This document shows, in pieces, positions 1 through 10,079 of a DNA stretch of 64,000 bases. Origin of the DNA: an uncultured Hormoscilla sp. (lineage in GTDB: Bacteria; Cyanobacteriota; Cyanobacteriia; Cyanobacteriales; Desertifilaceae); NCBI GenBank assembly GCA_963921275.4, contig OZ001293.3:4416001-4480000 (forward strand), in the 5' to 3' direction. Position numbers and translations under genes: made by a program. The first letter of the stretch is position 1, and each line of letters begins with the position of its first letter. The notes below the pieces were generated by a model. The model saw only the letters and a program-made list of their open reading frames with translations. It did no database searches and was not told where the DNA came from.

Positions 1-225
1 CTGGATACGGAGTATATTATCCTGCCAGCTAAACCGGAAGGAGACCTGGAGGAACTGTCGGATGAAGAGTTGATGGCTGTTGCTGGGGGGAGCGAATTGA
101 TTAAGATTACCATAGTGGGATCTGCTTCGGTATGTCTGTCGGCAGCGCTGTCGGTACTGCTGTTGGGGAGCGCTGTCGGTACTGCTGTTGGGGCAATCAC
201 ATTCACTACCACAACCAATTGGTAG
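1..225 (+). CDS. NHLP (proteusin) RiPP precursor, 5'-partial, copy 1
   Basis: Frame 1 reads LDTEYIILPAKPEGDLEELSDEELMAVAGG-SELIKITIVGSASVCLSAALSVLLLGSAVGTAVGAITFTTTTNW*. It has the double-Gly leader motif and is a near-copy of 919-1122. Confidence 0.85.
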   Translation: MDTEYIILPAKPEGDLEELSDEELMAVAGGSELIKITIVGSASVCLSAALSVLLLGSAVGTAVGAITFTTTTNW

Positions 226-522
226 ACGAGTTTGCTGGTACAGGGTAAGGACATGGGAAATTTTTCTTGCCCTTGCCCTGTTTGCTGAGGGAGGAAAACT
301 CGGGCAGAAATCTGGCAGGGGGGAGTTTTCCCCCTCGTTATTGCCCTATAGTACTTTCCGCAGCGGAAAAGCGGAAACCATTGATTATAGGGCTCGGGGG
401 ACTTGCCGGGATGAGAAAGTTGCAGTTATTATCGGGAATAGGGGTGCTTCCAGAAGAGGTGGTTATTAGGGGGTGACCTTCACCGCTTCCAAGCAAGGGA
501 AAAGGTAAAAAGAGGAAAGAAA

Positions 523-1122
523 ATGATTCCAGAACTAGCGAGGCAACGAGGGAATTTGATTTCCAAGGCATGGAGGGATGAGGCATTCAGGCAGGTCTTT
601 CTAAGCAATCCCAAAGAGGCGATCGCCTCAGAGTTGGGCATCTCTATCCCCCCAGGGACGACGGTGCAGGTGCTGGAGGAAAAGGCCAACAGCCGCACGG
701 TAGTCATCCCCCGGGAAGCCATAGGGCCAGAGAAACTGGAGCAGGTGAAAAGCCAGTGGGGAGAAGGGGAACCGTACCAGATAGCCAAGCTACTAGCTAG
801 GGCGCAAGGAGAGGCGAAGTTCAAGCAGGAACTGCTGTCTAGCCCCAAGCAGGTTATATCTAAGGCCCTGGGGACGAAACTCCCCCAGGATCTGGAGATC
901 GCCATGGTTTCCTCACAATCGGATACGGAGTATATTATCCTGTCAGCTAAACCGGAAAAAGACCTGGAGGAACTGTCGGATGAAGAGTTGATGGCTGTTG
1001 CTGGGGGGAGCGAATTGATTAAGATTACCATATTGGCACTTACTATTATCAATATCGGCAGCGCTGTCGGTATTGCTGTTGGGGTTGGGGCAATCGCATC
1101 ATCTACCACAACCAATTGGTAG
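523..1122 (+). CDS. NHLP-leader RiPP precursor with tandem duplicated nitrile-hydratase-like leader
   Basis: Two AW.D..F...L..P-like blocks (KAWRDEAFRQVFLSNPK; RAQGEAKFKQELLSSPK), then ELSDEELMAVAGG, then core SELIKITILALTIINIGSAVGIAVGVGAIASSTTTNW. Confidence 0.88.
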   Translation: MIPELARQRGNLISKAWRDEAFRQVFLSNPKEAIASELGISIPPGTTVQVLEEKANSRTVVIPREAIGPEKLEQVKSQWGEGEPYQIAKLLARAQGEAKFKQELLSSPKQVISKALGTKLPQDLEIAMVSSQSDTEYIILSAKPEKDLEELSDEELMAVAGGSELIKITILALTIINIGSAVGIAVGVGAIASSTTTNW

Positions 1123-1424
1123 ACGAGTTTGCTGGTACAGGGTAAGGACATGGGAAATTTTTCTTGCCCTTGCCCTGTTTACTGAGGGAGGAAAACTCGG
1201 GCAGAAATCTGGCAGGGGAGAGTTTTCCCCCTCGTTATTGCCCTATAGTACTTTCCGCAGCGGAAAAGCGGAAACCATTGATTATAGGGCTCGGGGGACT
1301 TGCCGAGAAAAGAAAATTGCAGTTATCATCGGGAAATAGGGTACTTCCAGGTAAAGTAGTTATCACTAATGCGCGATCGAACTCGGTTCCCCCAAACTGC
1401 CGTTTATTGCCCTTGCGTGAGACG

Positions 1425-2684
1425 ATGATTCCTACCTTAGCAGAGGCGGTTTTAGCCGTCAGCCCTTACATCCCTGCTAAACTGATTTCCGGGAAAAACC
1501 TCCGGCATATGAGAGCGATCGCATCTCACCTGCCGGGGGCGATCGCCAGTTTTTGGGGATTTGAATGTCGCCTGGGAGAAGAAGCGCCCCTTGGGGACTT
1601 TCTCATATCCGTTAAAGCTGATGAAGGTCGGGTGATCGTTGCAGGGACCCACGATAGTATAGAATTATCGGAGTCCCTGAAAACAAATCCAGTGTGGAAC
1701 CTAGGGTGCAAGTTCAGCCAGCATTGGGCGGATTCAACCTCTCCTATTTATGAGAAAGTAGATAACATGTGGTTGGAGTTCGATGTGGATGGGGAACCTC
1801 CTGCCATTCCCATCCCCAGCTTGTTCTTTGGTTGCAGTCCCACCCAAGTGGAAAATACAGGCATCACCTTGGCCAAGGCCGAACCGTCCTCTCATGAATG
1901 GGTAACGGAAACGGCATTAAAAATCCTCCTGGGGGATAGTTTGTCTGGGGAGATAGTACAAAAATTACGGCAATGCTTGGGGGCATTACCCCCAGAGGCA
2001 TATGTTTTTCAAATTGGGCTCATGCTTGCCAGAAAAGCCGAGACAATCAGACTCTGTATTCGCAACATTTCCCCTCAAAATATTATCCTCTATCTGGAGA
2101 AAATCGGCTGGACTGGTGCAATTGACCTTCTGCAAGGGACAGTATCGGAACTCGCCAGTTTTACAGACCGCATCGACCTAGATTTAGATGTGGGTAATGC
2201 CGTGTTGCCGAAAATCGGTTTAGAATGCTATATTGAAGGGCAACCTCGCAGCGAACCGAAATGGCTGGCATTTTTGTCCTATCTGGTAGAGGGGGGTTTG
2301 TGCTACAAACCCGGGCCGCTTATCAACCAGCGAAATCGTCATAATCTTACCTTTTCTCTACCAACCAGTTTCGACCACACCCCAACCCTCAACCCTCCGC
2401 CCCCCACAAGCCCGTTAACAGCCTCGCCTTGGGAATTAGATCCGATACAGAAACTGACAATGTGCAAAAGAGCAGTCACGGAGTTGCGACTAAGTGCCCG
2501 AAAACCTACACATCTCTCACGCTTTGACGATAATTCAGTATCGTCGGGATTATTATCGGTAGCAAAACATTCTACTATTTCCGTATTATCGCGCTTTCCG
2601 GCAGGTCGGATTGTGTCTGTAATAAAGCTAATAAAGCTAATGCATTTAGCAAAAAACGAGCATTGGCTGCTCGCGAATAAATGA
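1425..2684 (+). pseudogene. RiPP-cluster-associated uncharacterised enzyme, C-terminally truncated after ~2303
   Basis: Ordered motifs FECRL, MWLEFD, PSLFF, QIGLMLAR, DLDVG, KIGLECY, then an abrupt switch to non-protein-like sequence after EGGLC, upstream of an IS607 remnant. Confidence 0.55.
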
Positions 2685-3435
2685 AACATGAGTATTATAG
2701 CCCAGCCCAAGCAGCTAACCTTTTGGGAGTGCATCCAGAGTCCGGAAGAAGGTGGGAAAGAGAAGGAAAAATCACGTCGTACAGGACGCCGAGTGGGCAG
2801 CGCCGCTTCCTCAAAAGGGAAATCGAGGGATTGCTCCTCATCGGGTTGCCAACTACAACTGTTTGTTATGCAAGGGTCTCAAGCTATTCCCAACGTGAAG
2901 ATGCAAGAGCCGACAACTTGAATACCTGCGCCTTCACTATCCAGAGGCGGAGTTCATTTCTGAAATTGGAGGGGGGCTTAATTTTAAGCGGCGGAAGTTC
3001 AAAGCCATTTTGGAACGAATTGTCGAGCAGGATATCCAGCGGCTTGTCGTTGCCCACCGCGACAGACTCTGCCGATTTGGATGGGAACTGGTTGAGTGGT
3101 TATGCAAATACAATGCAGTCCAACTCGTGGTTCTCAATGAACAACAACTCAGTCCAGAGCAAGAGCTTGTTCAGGATATGCTGTCCATCATCCATTGCTT
3201 CAGTTCTCGGCTCTACGGTCTCCGAAAGTACAGAAAAGAAATCAGCTCGAAAGTACGGGAAGAATCAATTCAAGAAAAGCCGGAATGTTCAGCCGAACAG
3301 TGTCCGAAAAATCCCGTTATTTCCCGATCGGGAACTTCACGCTATTTGGAAGCAATGACTAGCTGCTTATCGCTGGGTTTATAATCAGTGCGTTGAATTT
3401 TACAATAAGGGTCGCTCTCTGGCACCCAAGCAGTC
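2610..3435 (+). mobile_element. tnpA: Degenerate IS607 element (frameshifted serine-recombinase tnpA 2681-3384 plus tnpB 5' fragment)
   Basis: HTH start, YARVSS and VAHRDRLCRFG motifs in two frames. The overlapping tnpB stub (KIPLFPD...WKQ*LAAYRWVYN) has an in-frame TGA. TAATAAAGC repeats mark the left end. Confidence 0.85.
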
Positions 3436-3436
3436 G

Positions 3437-4031
3437 TTAGACCAAATCGAACTGCCTTTTTAGCTGCCGAAAAGCATTGTAAATCTCTTCTTCATAATAA
3501 CTGCAAAAATCAATATTTCTCCCAATTGTAAATCTCTTCTTCATAATGACTGCAAAAATCAATATTTCTCCCAAAGTTCTCTGCCTGGAGATATAGTTTA
3601 TAGCCGCCCTTCTTGGCCATATCGATAAAAGCCTTTTCCACCTGTAAGATCCGCCGATTACTCGCCCCGTCTCCCGTGCACATTCTGGACATGACTCCAA
3701 TGACCAGAAACGGTTCCGCTTGGGGATAGACCAAAGGCGGGTTGAACTGGAAGAAACGAATGAAATAATAATATCCCATGGGCGCGGCATTAAAAAAGGG
3801 ACCGGCCCATTCACCACCTTCAGGGATTATCTCATGGGGGTGAGCTTTGACGAACCTATAAAGGTCGATCCAGGCTTTCATTAACTCCTTTTGAGAAACT
3901 AATAAGCTGAACCCAAAAAGATTATTTTGCTTGCCATTTTTGGGAGGCCGATCGTTCTCTTTCGGATCGTCGGTTTGCCGCTTGACTATTTTCCCGGATG
4001 CACCCAGGAGCAACTCGCCCTTTTGGGGCAA
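3437..4031 (-). pseudogene. Probable C-terminal fragment of an FAD-binding oxidoreductase, frameshifted by a 49-bp tandem duplication
   Basis: C-terminus YEEEIYNAFRQLKRQFD resembles the F..LK..YDP end of VAO-type oxidases. Duplication at 3476-3524 and 3525-3573. Confidence 0.45.
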
Positions 4032-4135
4032 GGAAACGCCGTTAAAGGTTCGGAAACTATTTCGATGCCTAAATCTGAAAATAACTCCTCCAGGGCCCTA
4101 TTGTCTGCTGGTATTAGCTCCTTCATTTGCATACC

Positions 4136-5530
4136 TCAATCCAACCAGTGTAACCGATCTGGCGAAGGAACGAGATTGCCTTCTATAGCAGGTAAAGATT
4201 CCACCTGTTCCATCTGGGCGATCGCTGCGGTCAAGAGCATTTTCCCATTCAGCTGGCGTAGGGACTCAACCGAGGACATATTTTTGGGTAGGGGGCGTTT
4301 TTCGCGAATCAGACGATCTACATTTTGCTCGAATGGTTCCAAGCTAAAACTATTCGTATCTCTGAGCCATTTCCGCATCCAGGCATGGTAAGTCGGGCGT
4401 TCTTTTTTCATGTCATAAAGCCCTGACAACAATTGATAGAACCTGCTATACTCCAAGCGATAGCGCAGTTCAAATTCATGCAAGCAAACAGCTTCATCTA
4501 TCTCGCCCCGCAAAGTCGTGTTAATCGAGCGGGCGGCCAACAGGGCGCCATAGGTTGCCAAATGTACCCCCGAGGAAAACAGCACATCGATAAAGCAGGC
4601 AGCATCGCCAACCAGGAGAATACCTGGCTTCCAGAAATGGGAATGGCAGTAGGAAAATTCCTGACGCATGCGAATTTCCCCATAGGGAATTTCCCTTGCT
4701 GGCTGGGCCCCTGCCAAATATTCTGATATAATCGGACAAGCTGCAATATAATCTTGCAGAGTTCCGGCCAAATTTCCTCGATTCTCTTTGAGCTTGCCAG
4801 TCCGTTCTTCGGGCAATACAGCACCAACGCTAGTGAGAGTATCGTCAAGGGGGATGTACCACAACCACCCATCGTCAAATGCTTCAAATAGAACGTTTCC
4901 GCTGTCTGGTTGGGGCAGGCGTTTGCCGTTAACAAAATAGCCGTATATAGCGATATTGCGATAGAACTGGGAGTAGAGGCGATCGCCTACCTGCTGGGCC
5001 ATTTTGCTTTGATGTCCCGAAGCATCTACCACAAAACGGGCCGTTGCCCTTTCTTCACGACCGTTCCCATCGCCGAACACAACTCCCGTTACCCGATCGC
5101 CCGACCAAACCAAATTTTTCACTCGGTGTTGTTCGCGGACATCAACGCCCTTTTCTCTAGCATTATCCAGCAGAATGCGATCAAACTCCGCCCGTTTCAC
5201 TTGGTAGGCGTAGACTCTGCTATAGTCATTGGGGTCTCCTACAACTAGAGAGCTGCCAAAATTGAGAGTCCAAGCACCTGTTTCCTTGCCCCAAGAAAAA
5301 GTCCCACCCCTTTTCTTGATAAAACCCGCCTGCTTGACTGAGTCGCCAACACCAAGTAACTGCACAATACCATTGATTGTCGCTGGTAATAGGGACTCGC
5401 CAATTTGATAACGAGGGAAGCGTTCCCGTTCCAGCAAAAGCACCTTATGCCCCTGCATGGCTACCAGAGTGGCCGCTGTTGACCCTGCCGGTCCGCCTCC
5501 GATCGCAATCATATCGTATTCTTTGTCCAT
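4136..5530 (-). CDS. Flavin-dependent halogenase (CrpH/AerJ/VhaA-like)
   Basis: GGGPAG FAD motif, FPRYQIGESLL, KKRGG, WLWYIPL (WxWxIP), GDAACFIDVLFSSGVHLA. Confidence 0.92.
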   Translation of the reverse strand: MDKEYDMIAIGGGPAGSTAATLVAMQGHKVLLLERERFPRYQIGESLLPATINGIVQLLGVGDSVKQAGFIKKRGGTFSWGKETGAWTLNFGSSLVVGDPNDYSRVYAYQVKRAEFDRILLDNAREKGVDVREQHRVKNLVWSGDRVTGVVFGDGNGREERATARFVVDASGHQSKMAQQVGDRLYSQFYRNIAIYGYFVNGKRLPQPDSGNVLFEAFDDGWLWYIPLDDTLTSVGAVLPEERTGKLKENRGNLAGTLQDYIAACPIISEYLAGAQPAREIPYGEIRMRQEFSYCHSHFWKPGILLVGDAACFIDVLFSSGVHLATYGALLAARSINTTLRGEIDEAVCLHEFELRYRLEYSRFYQLLSGLYDMKKERPTYHAWMRKWLRDTNSFSLEPFEQNVDRLIREKRPLPKNMSSVESLRQLNGKMLLTAAIAQMEQVESLPAIEGNLVPSPDRLHWLD

Positions 5531-5662
5531 TTACACCATCCTGTTTGCGAGGGCCTATTTCTGAAGGAGCATCTCTTCATTGACTCCATACCCAGGATAG
5601 CATCCCCTGACCAAATCGTCAAGGGAGCGATCCTTTGCAAATAAGTTAGTTTTGACAATCTA

Positions 5663-5826
5663 ACTCAAGTTGCTACCTATAAAAATTGCGACCTCCCAGA
5701 CAGCCATTTTGGTAAATTTATTCGCCAAAATGCTGTTTTGGGGTAAATCACAAGGTAATTTTGGCTGATTTTGGCTGATTTTGGCGCTTTGCAAGGAGTT
5801 GAGGTTCTATAGGTAGCAACTTAGGT
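5663..5826. mobile_element. 164-bp MITE with IS982-type terminal inverted repeats
   Basis: Ends ACTCAAGTTGCTACCTAT and ATAGGTAGCAACTTAGGT match the IS982 ends at 58035 and 59046. A 7-bp TSD (CAATCTA) is present on both sides. Confidence 0.9.
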
Positions 5827-6026
5827 CAATCTAGTATAATAGAGGTTGACGTGGTTAGCAGAGCGAGGGTGTCAAAAAGAAAACATCGGTAAGCAATTAA
5901 GCATTAGTTAGCGATCGTCGATACCGTCGTCGCGTCCCCGAAGACATCGTACTCGCACTACCCCACTGTTCCAGAAAAATCGCCCATCGTCTTTGTTGTT
6001 GTACTTGGGAGTTAAAGGTTGAGAAA

Positions 6027-6653
6027 ATGGGATACAGTAGCTTTCAACTATCTGAGGTGGTAAAAAAGTTTGATTTACAAGTTAACCGAGAACAGAACCT
6101 ATTCTGCTTAATTACCGAAGTAACATACAGCGAGTATCTACAATTTGTCCTGGATAACTACCTACCTCTAGCCATTGATATTAATACGGAGAAAGCCCGT
6201 TCGGAAATGATAATCACACCTATCTTGCTAGAGTTAAAACAAGAAATCAAGCATAAAATTAGTCTGTTTTCGGGTAAAACCCTGACAGTAAATGCGGAAC
6301 AAGGACTAAACGGTGAATGTAACTATATCATCAGTCTTTCTCCCGAACAGTTATTTATTCGGGCTCCGATCGTTACCTTAGTAGAGGCGAAAAATGAAGA
6401 TATTATCGGAAGTTTAGGACAATGTGTAGCGCAAATGTTGGCGACACAAATATTTAACGAACGAGAGGAAAATCAAATTACTTCAGTTTATGGTTTTGTG
6501 ATGACAGGAACAGCTTGGCGCTTTTTGAGATTGACTGATAAGAGGGTTGATATTGATACCCAGGAATATTATATCAGTAACATTAGGAAAATTATGGGAA
6601 TTTTCCACAGCATCATTGACTCGGGACTAGGGGGTTCGCCTCATGGTTCGTAG
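6027..6653 (+). CDS. Cyanobacterial PD-(D/E)xK nuclease-like protein (HsdR_N-like family)
   Basis: TEKARSEMIITPILLE, LNGEC.Y, LVEAK, GQCVAQM, TG..WRFL motifs. Confidence 0.65.
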   Translation: MGYSSFQLSEVVKKFDLQVNREQNLFCLITEVTYSEYLQFVLDNYLPLAIDINTEKARSEMIITPILLELKQEIKHKISLFSGKTLTVNAEQGLNGECNYIISLSPEQLFIRAPIVTLVEAKNEDIIGSLGQCVAQMLATQIFNEREENQITSVYGFVMTGTAWRFLRLTDKRVDIDTQEYYISNIRKIMGIFHSIIDSGLGGSPHGS

Positions 6654-6739
6654 TCAGGACTTTGGTCCCTGCGATCGGGGAACACTCTTCCTGTTTACTA
6701 CGAAGCTTTAGCCATTGACATTCACCGCCAAACCCGGCA

Positions 6740-6915
6740 TCAGATGCAAAACCTAGGAGCATCAGCAAACAGGAATTGGTATTCGGGCAGGTTCAGCATT
6801 GGCGCTATTGGGGGCAAATCTTGCATATTGGCACCCCAACCATGTAAGCAGACCATTAACTTGCTTGGGTCTTGACCGTTGACTGGTGGAACAGTAATAA
6901 ATTGTAAAGACAAGG
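6740..6915 (-). pseudogene. Phospholipase/carboxylesterase N-terminal fragment
   Basis: LMVCLHGWGANMQDL...YQFLFADAP, then truncated. Confidence 0.65.
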
Positions 6916-7611
6916 CTTTTTCTCCAAATTCAGCTCCGGGTGTGGTTCTGGGACACCTAATAGTATGCAGGCAGAGCCGTGGGAACGAGGGGGGTGCGGC
7001 TACAAGAATCAAGCAATGTCCGGAGCGATTTTTCGCGCAGACGGAGTTTGCAGCCTGGTGCCAGATCCCCGGATAACGCCCCCCTCCGCTGCGAGGGCAA
7101 CCTTTCTCCGCGGGCTACAGTGCTTGCTAATTTAAGAATGAAATAGCCCTGCCAGCTTACCATACTCATGGTACCGATCTACAGGAGCATCTCAATGCAT
7201 GTATTTGGAAGGTCAAGGGGATTCTTGGGAATGGCAAATTACAAATCTGAGATGCATTCGGGATCGACTATTTTGGTTACTGAAAGTTCACATCACTGGG
7301 GTGGAGTTGGTGGAACCGGGCGGTAAATTTTCCTGGGGGACGTGCGGAACTACGGCAACAGATTGGTTTGCTGCCCGAGAACTTCGACCGAGCATCGACC
7401 CCGAGTTCTTCATCGCCCTAAAAGAGCATTTACTCCCAATCAGTCATGTAGAAATTTAACTCAGGGCGCTATCAAAACGAACCGACTTGCTTCTTTTACA
7501 ATGGAGACCAAACCTGAAGAAAAGTTTAAAAATCAACTTGGGAAGATGGTTTGGGACGATCGCCTTTATCCTGATGAAGGCACAATATGGATGATTCCTC
7601 ATAGTATAGCG

Positions 7612-9150
7612 ATGGCACCACTAGCACTGCTGAGTACCTCTGATAAAACTGGACTGATTGACTTGGCCCGCTCTCTCGTGCAAGAATTTGGTTTCGATCT
7701 GATTAGCAGTGGTGGCACAGCGGCTACCCTGAAAGAGGCTGGTTTACCGGTAACCAAAGTGGCTGACTACACCGGGTTTCCCGAAATTTTGGGCGGTCGC
7801 GTCAAAACCTTGCATCCCCGCATTCATGGTGGTATCCTAGCAAGGCGGGATCTGGAACGGGATCGGGCGGATTTGTCAAGTCACGAGATTCGCCCGCTTG
7901 ACTTGGTTGTGGTCAATCTCTATCCTTTTGCACGGACGATCGCCCAAGATCATGTTACATTAGCAGAGGCGATAGAGCAAATCGATATTGGCGGACCGAC
8001 TCTCCTGCGGGCAGCGGCGAAAAACTTCGCTCACCTGACTGTATTGTGTAATCCTGCCGATTATAATGCCTATTTGCAGGAGTTGCGCGACCATGGGGGA
8101 AAAGCTTCTCTGGAATTTCGCCAAGGACGGGCCCTACAGGTATTCTCCCATACGGCGGGGTACGATCGGGCGATCGCCTCCTACCTGGCGGGTCAAGCAG
8201 AAACCACAGTACCCGAACAATATACGCTTTCAGGGCAACAGCTGCAAGTGCTGCGCTACGGAGAGAACCCCCATCAACCGGCTGCTTGGTATGAAACTGG
8301 GACAAATAAGAGTGGTTGGGCGGCAGCGACCAAACTGCAAGGCAAGGAACTGAGTTATAACAACTTAGTAGACTTAGAGGCCGCCCGTCGTTTGATTAGT
8401 GAATTTACAGACAGCCCAGCAGCAGCCGTCCTCAAGCATAGCAATCCCTGTGGCGTCGCGTCGGGCAGTACGCTGTCAGAAGCTTACGAGAAAGCCTTCG
8501 CTGCTGACTCGGTATCCGCTTTTGGTGGTATCGTGGCTTTGAATCGGGCGATCGACGCCCCCACGGCCCAGATCATGGTCCAGACCTTTTTAGAATGCGT
8601 GGTCGCCCCGAACTGCGAACCAGAGGCCAAGTCAATTCTAGCAGCCAAATCTAAGTTGCGGGTCTTAACCTTGCCCCGTCTTGGTGATAGAGTAAACGAG
8701 ACTGTCAAAGCGATTGCGGGAGGTTTTCTGGTCCAGGGGTCGGACGAGGAGGCGGAGAACCCCCAGGAGTGGCAAGTCGCGACGGAGGCCAAACCCACCC
8801 CAGAGCAGATGTCAGAACTGCTGTTTGCCTGGAAAGTGGTCAAGCATGTAAAATCGAATGCGATCGTCGTCACGGGCGATCGGGTGACCCTGGGCATTGG
8901 GGCTGGTCAAATGAACCGCGTAGGTGCAGTAGAGATTGCCCTGAAACAGGCAGGGGACAAAGCCCAAGGGAGGATACTAGCCAGCGATGGCTTCTTTCCC
9001 TTCGACGACTCCGTGCGTGCCGCCGCAGCTGCTGGCATTAGCGCCATTATCCAGCCTGGAGGTAGCATCCGGGACAAAGATTCCATAACGGCAGCCAATG
9101 AATTAGGATTAGTAATGGTCTTGACTGGAACGAGACATTTTTGGCATTAG
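7612..9150 (+). CDS. purH: Bifunctional AICAR transformylase/IMP cyclohydrolase
   Basis: ALLSTSDKTG, SSGGTA, GRVKTLHP, IDIGGP, LRYGENPHQ, SDGFFPF, IIQPGGS, TGTRHF. Start set at MAPLALLS. Confidence 0.97.
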   Translation: MAPLALLSTSDKTGLIDLARSLVQEFGFDLISSGGTAATLKEAGLPVTKVADYTGFPEILGGRVKTLHPRIHGGILARRDLERDRADLSSHEIRPLDLVVVNLYPFARTIAQDHVTLAEAIEQIDIGGPTLLRAAAKNFAHLTVLCNPADYNAYLQELRDHGGKASLEFRQGRALQVFSHTAGYDRAIASYLAGQAETTVPEQYTLSGQQLQVLRYGENPHQPAAWYETGTNKSGWAAATKLQGKELSYNNLVDLEAARRLISEFTDSPAAAVLKHSNPCGVASGSTLSEAYEKAFAADSVSAFGGIVALNRAIDAPTAQIMVQTFLECVVAPNCEPEAKSILAAKSKLRVLTLPRLGDRVNETVKAIAGGFLVQGSDEEAENPQEWQVATEAKPTPEQMSELLFAWKVVKHVKSNAIVVTGDRVTLGIGAGQMNRVGAVEIALKQAGDKAQGRILASDGFFPFDDSVRAAAAAGISAIIQPGGSIRDKDSITAANELGLVMVLTGTRHFWH

Positions 9151-9335
9151 GACATATACATGGAAAGTACAACAACACCACCGCAAGCCGAATCCAGGGA
9201 TGTAAAAGTGACGATTCTCCTAGCGGGAGGACATCAGTATACTAGCCAAAATTTAATTGGGATAATCACGGAACCGCCGATGTTTATGCAACCGCAGCAA
9301 CAACAGCCTGCGGATGCTGCAAGTTAAACTGTTTC

Positions 9336-9432
9336 GGGGGTTCGTAGTAAACGCTTTAACGTTTGCTGGGGGGTTCATAGTAAACGCTTTAGCGTTTGCT
9401 GGGGGGTTCGTAGTAAACGCTTTAGCGTTTAC
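9336..9432. repeat. Three copies of a 33-bp palindromic REP-like unit
   Basis: GGGGGTTCGTAGTAAACGCTTTAGCGTTTGCT repeated three times, with internal hairpin AAACGCT-TT-AGCGTTT. Confidence 0.85.
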
Positions 9433-9650
9433 AGAGAAACAGGCGCTGCTACTGGTTCAATTTGTGCAGCTGAGACAGCAATCACTTCAAAACCATTCCT
9501 GTTTTCGTCCAATACCTCTAAAACGTAGCCATCTTCTTGTCCTTCTGGTCTCGGACAATAATCCACTATGATTGCCGAAATACCCTGAGGCAAATTATAC
9601 TCAGGAATATCTGAGAGCAGTTTAACTTCTGAAAACATTTCAAATTTCAT
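9429..9650 (-). CDS. DUF4926-like small protein
   Basis: MKFEMFSEVKLLSDIPEYNL..G....IVD......GYVLEV pattern. Confidence 0.65.
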   Translation of the reverse strand: MKFEMFSEVKLLSDIPEYNLPQGISAIIVDYCPRPEGQEDGYVLEVLDENRNGFEVIAVSAAQIEPVAAPVSL

Positions 9651-10079
9651 AGTTGACCTCTTTCTAGTTAATTAGGCAGGAGGGTCACGAACCTTGTCTC
9701 ATTAGATAATGAATAGACCTTTCCCAAATATAAATTTTTGCTATAATAAGATTTGAAAATTTAATTTTGAGTCTATAAATATGAGTTATATTGTCCAATA
9801 TTTTGCATGATAAAAAATTTATAAACGGGATATCATCTGCTGAAATTAAGAAACCCGGTTTCTAGGCTATATCCCGAGAATAGGGTCGCCAATGCAAAGG
9901 AGGGGCGATATGAGGGAAGTGAGAGCTGTTAAAGTACAATGATCGTGCTGTGTAAATTTTGAGCCAGAAGAGAAAGATGACTGCATGGGTTAAAGTGTGG
10001 GTACAGGGAAAACTGCATCTCGAAGCTTACTCTTAGTTTGCCTCAGCGCTTTAATCGCGATCGGACCGCAAGGGTAGAC

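Larger units (their letters stand above)
1..1350 (+). repeat. Direct repeat (~1-450 vs ~919-1350) covering precursor 3' end and downstream intergenic DNA
   Basis: Near-identical sequence outside the core-peptide region. Confidence 0.9.

Noticed and set aside
1164..1424. N-terminal 87 aa of the 506-aa ORF, and ORFs 188-469, 267-476 and 1073-1339
   Set aside because: They derive from duplicated intergenic DNA and have no protein-like features.
6625..6705. tRNA-Gln-like sequence (GGACTTTGGTCC)
   Set aside because: There is no T-arm or acceptor stem. It matches the TTCGTAGT..GGACTTTAGTCC..ACTACGAA REP-like repeat also seen at ~48850-48920.
7342..7611. N-terminal extension of PurH
   Set aside because: PurH similarity starts at MAPLALLS (7612); the upstream open frame is likely incidental.
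9314..9571. ORF with GFVVNALAFA repeats
   Set aside because: It is a translation of palindromic 33-bp DNA repeats and overlaps DUF4926 on the opposite strand.
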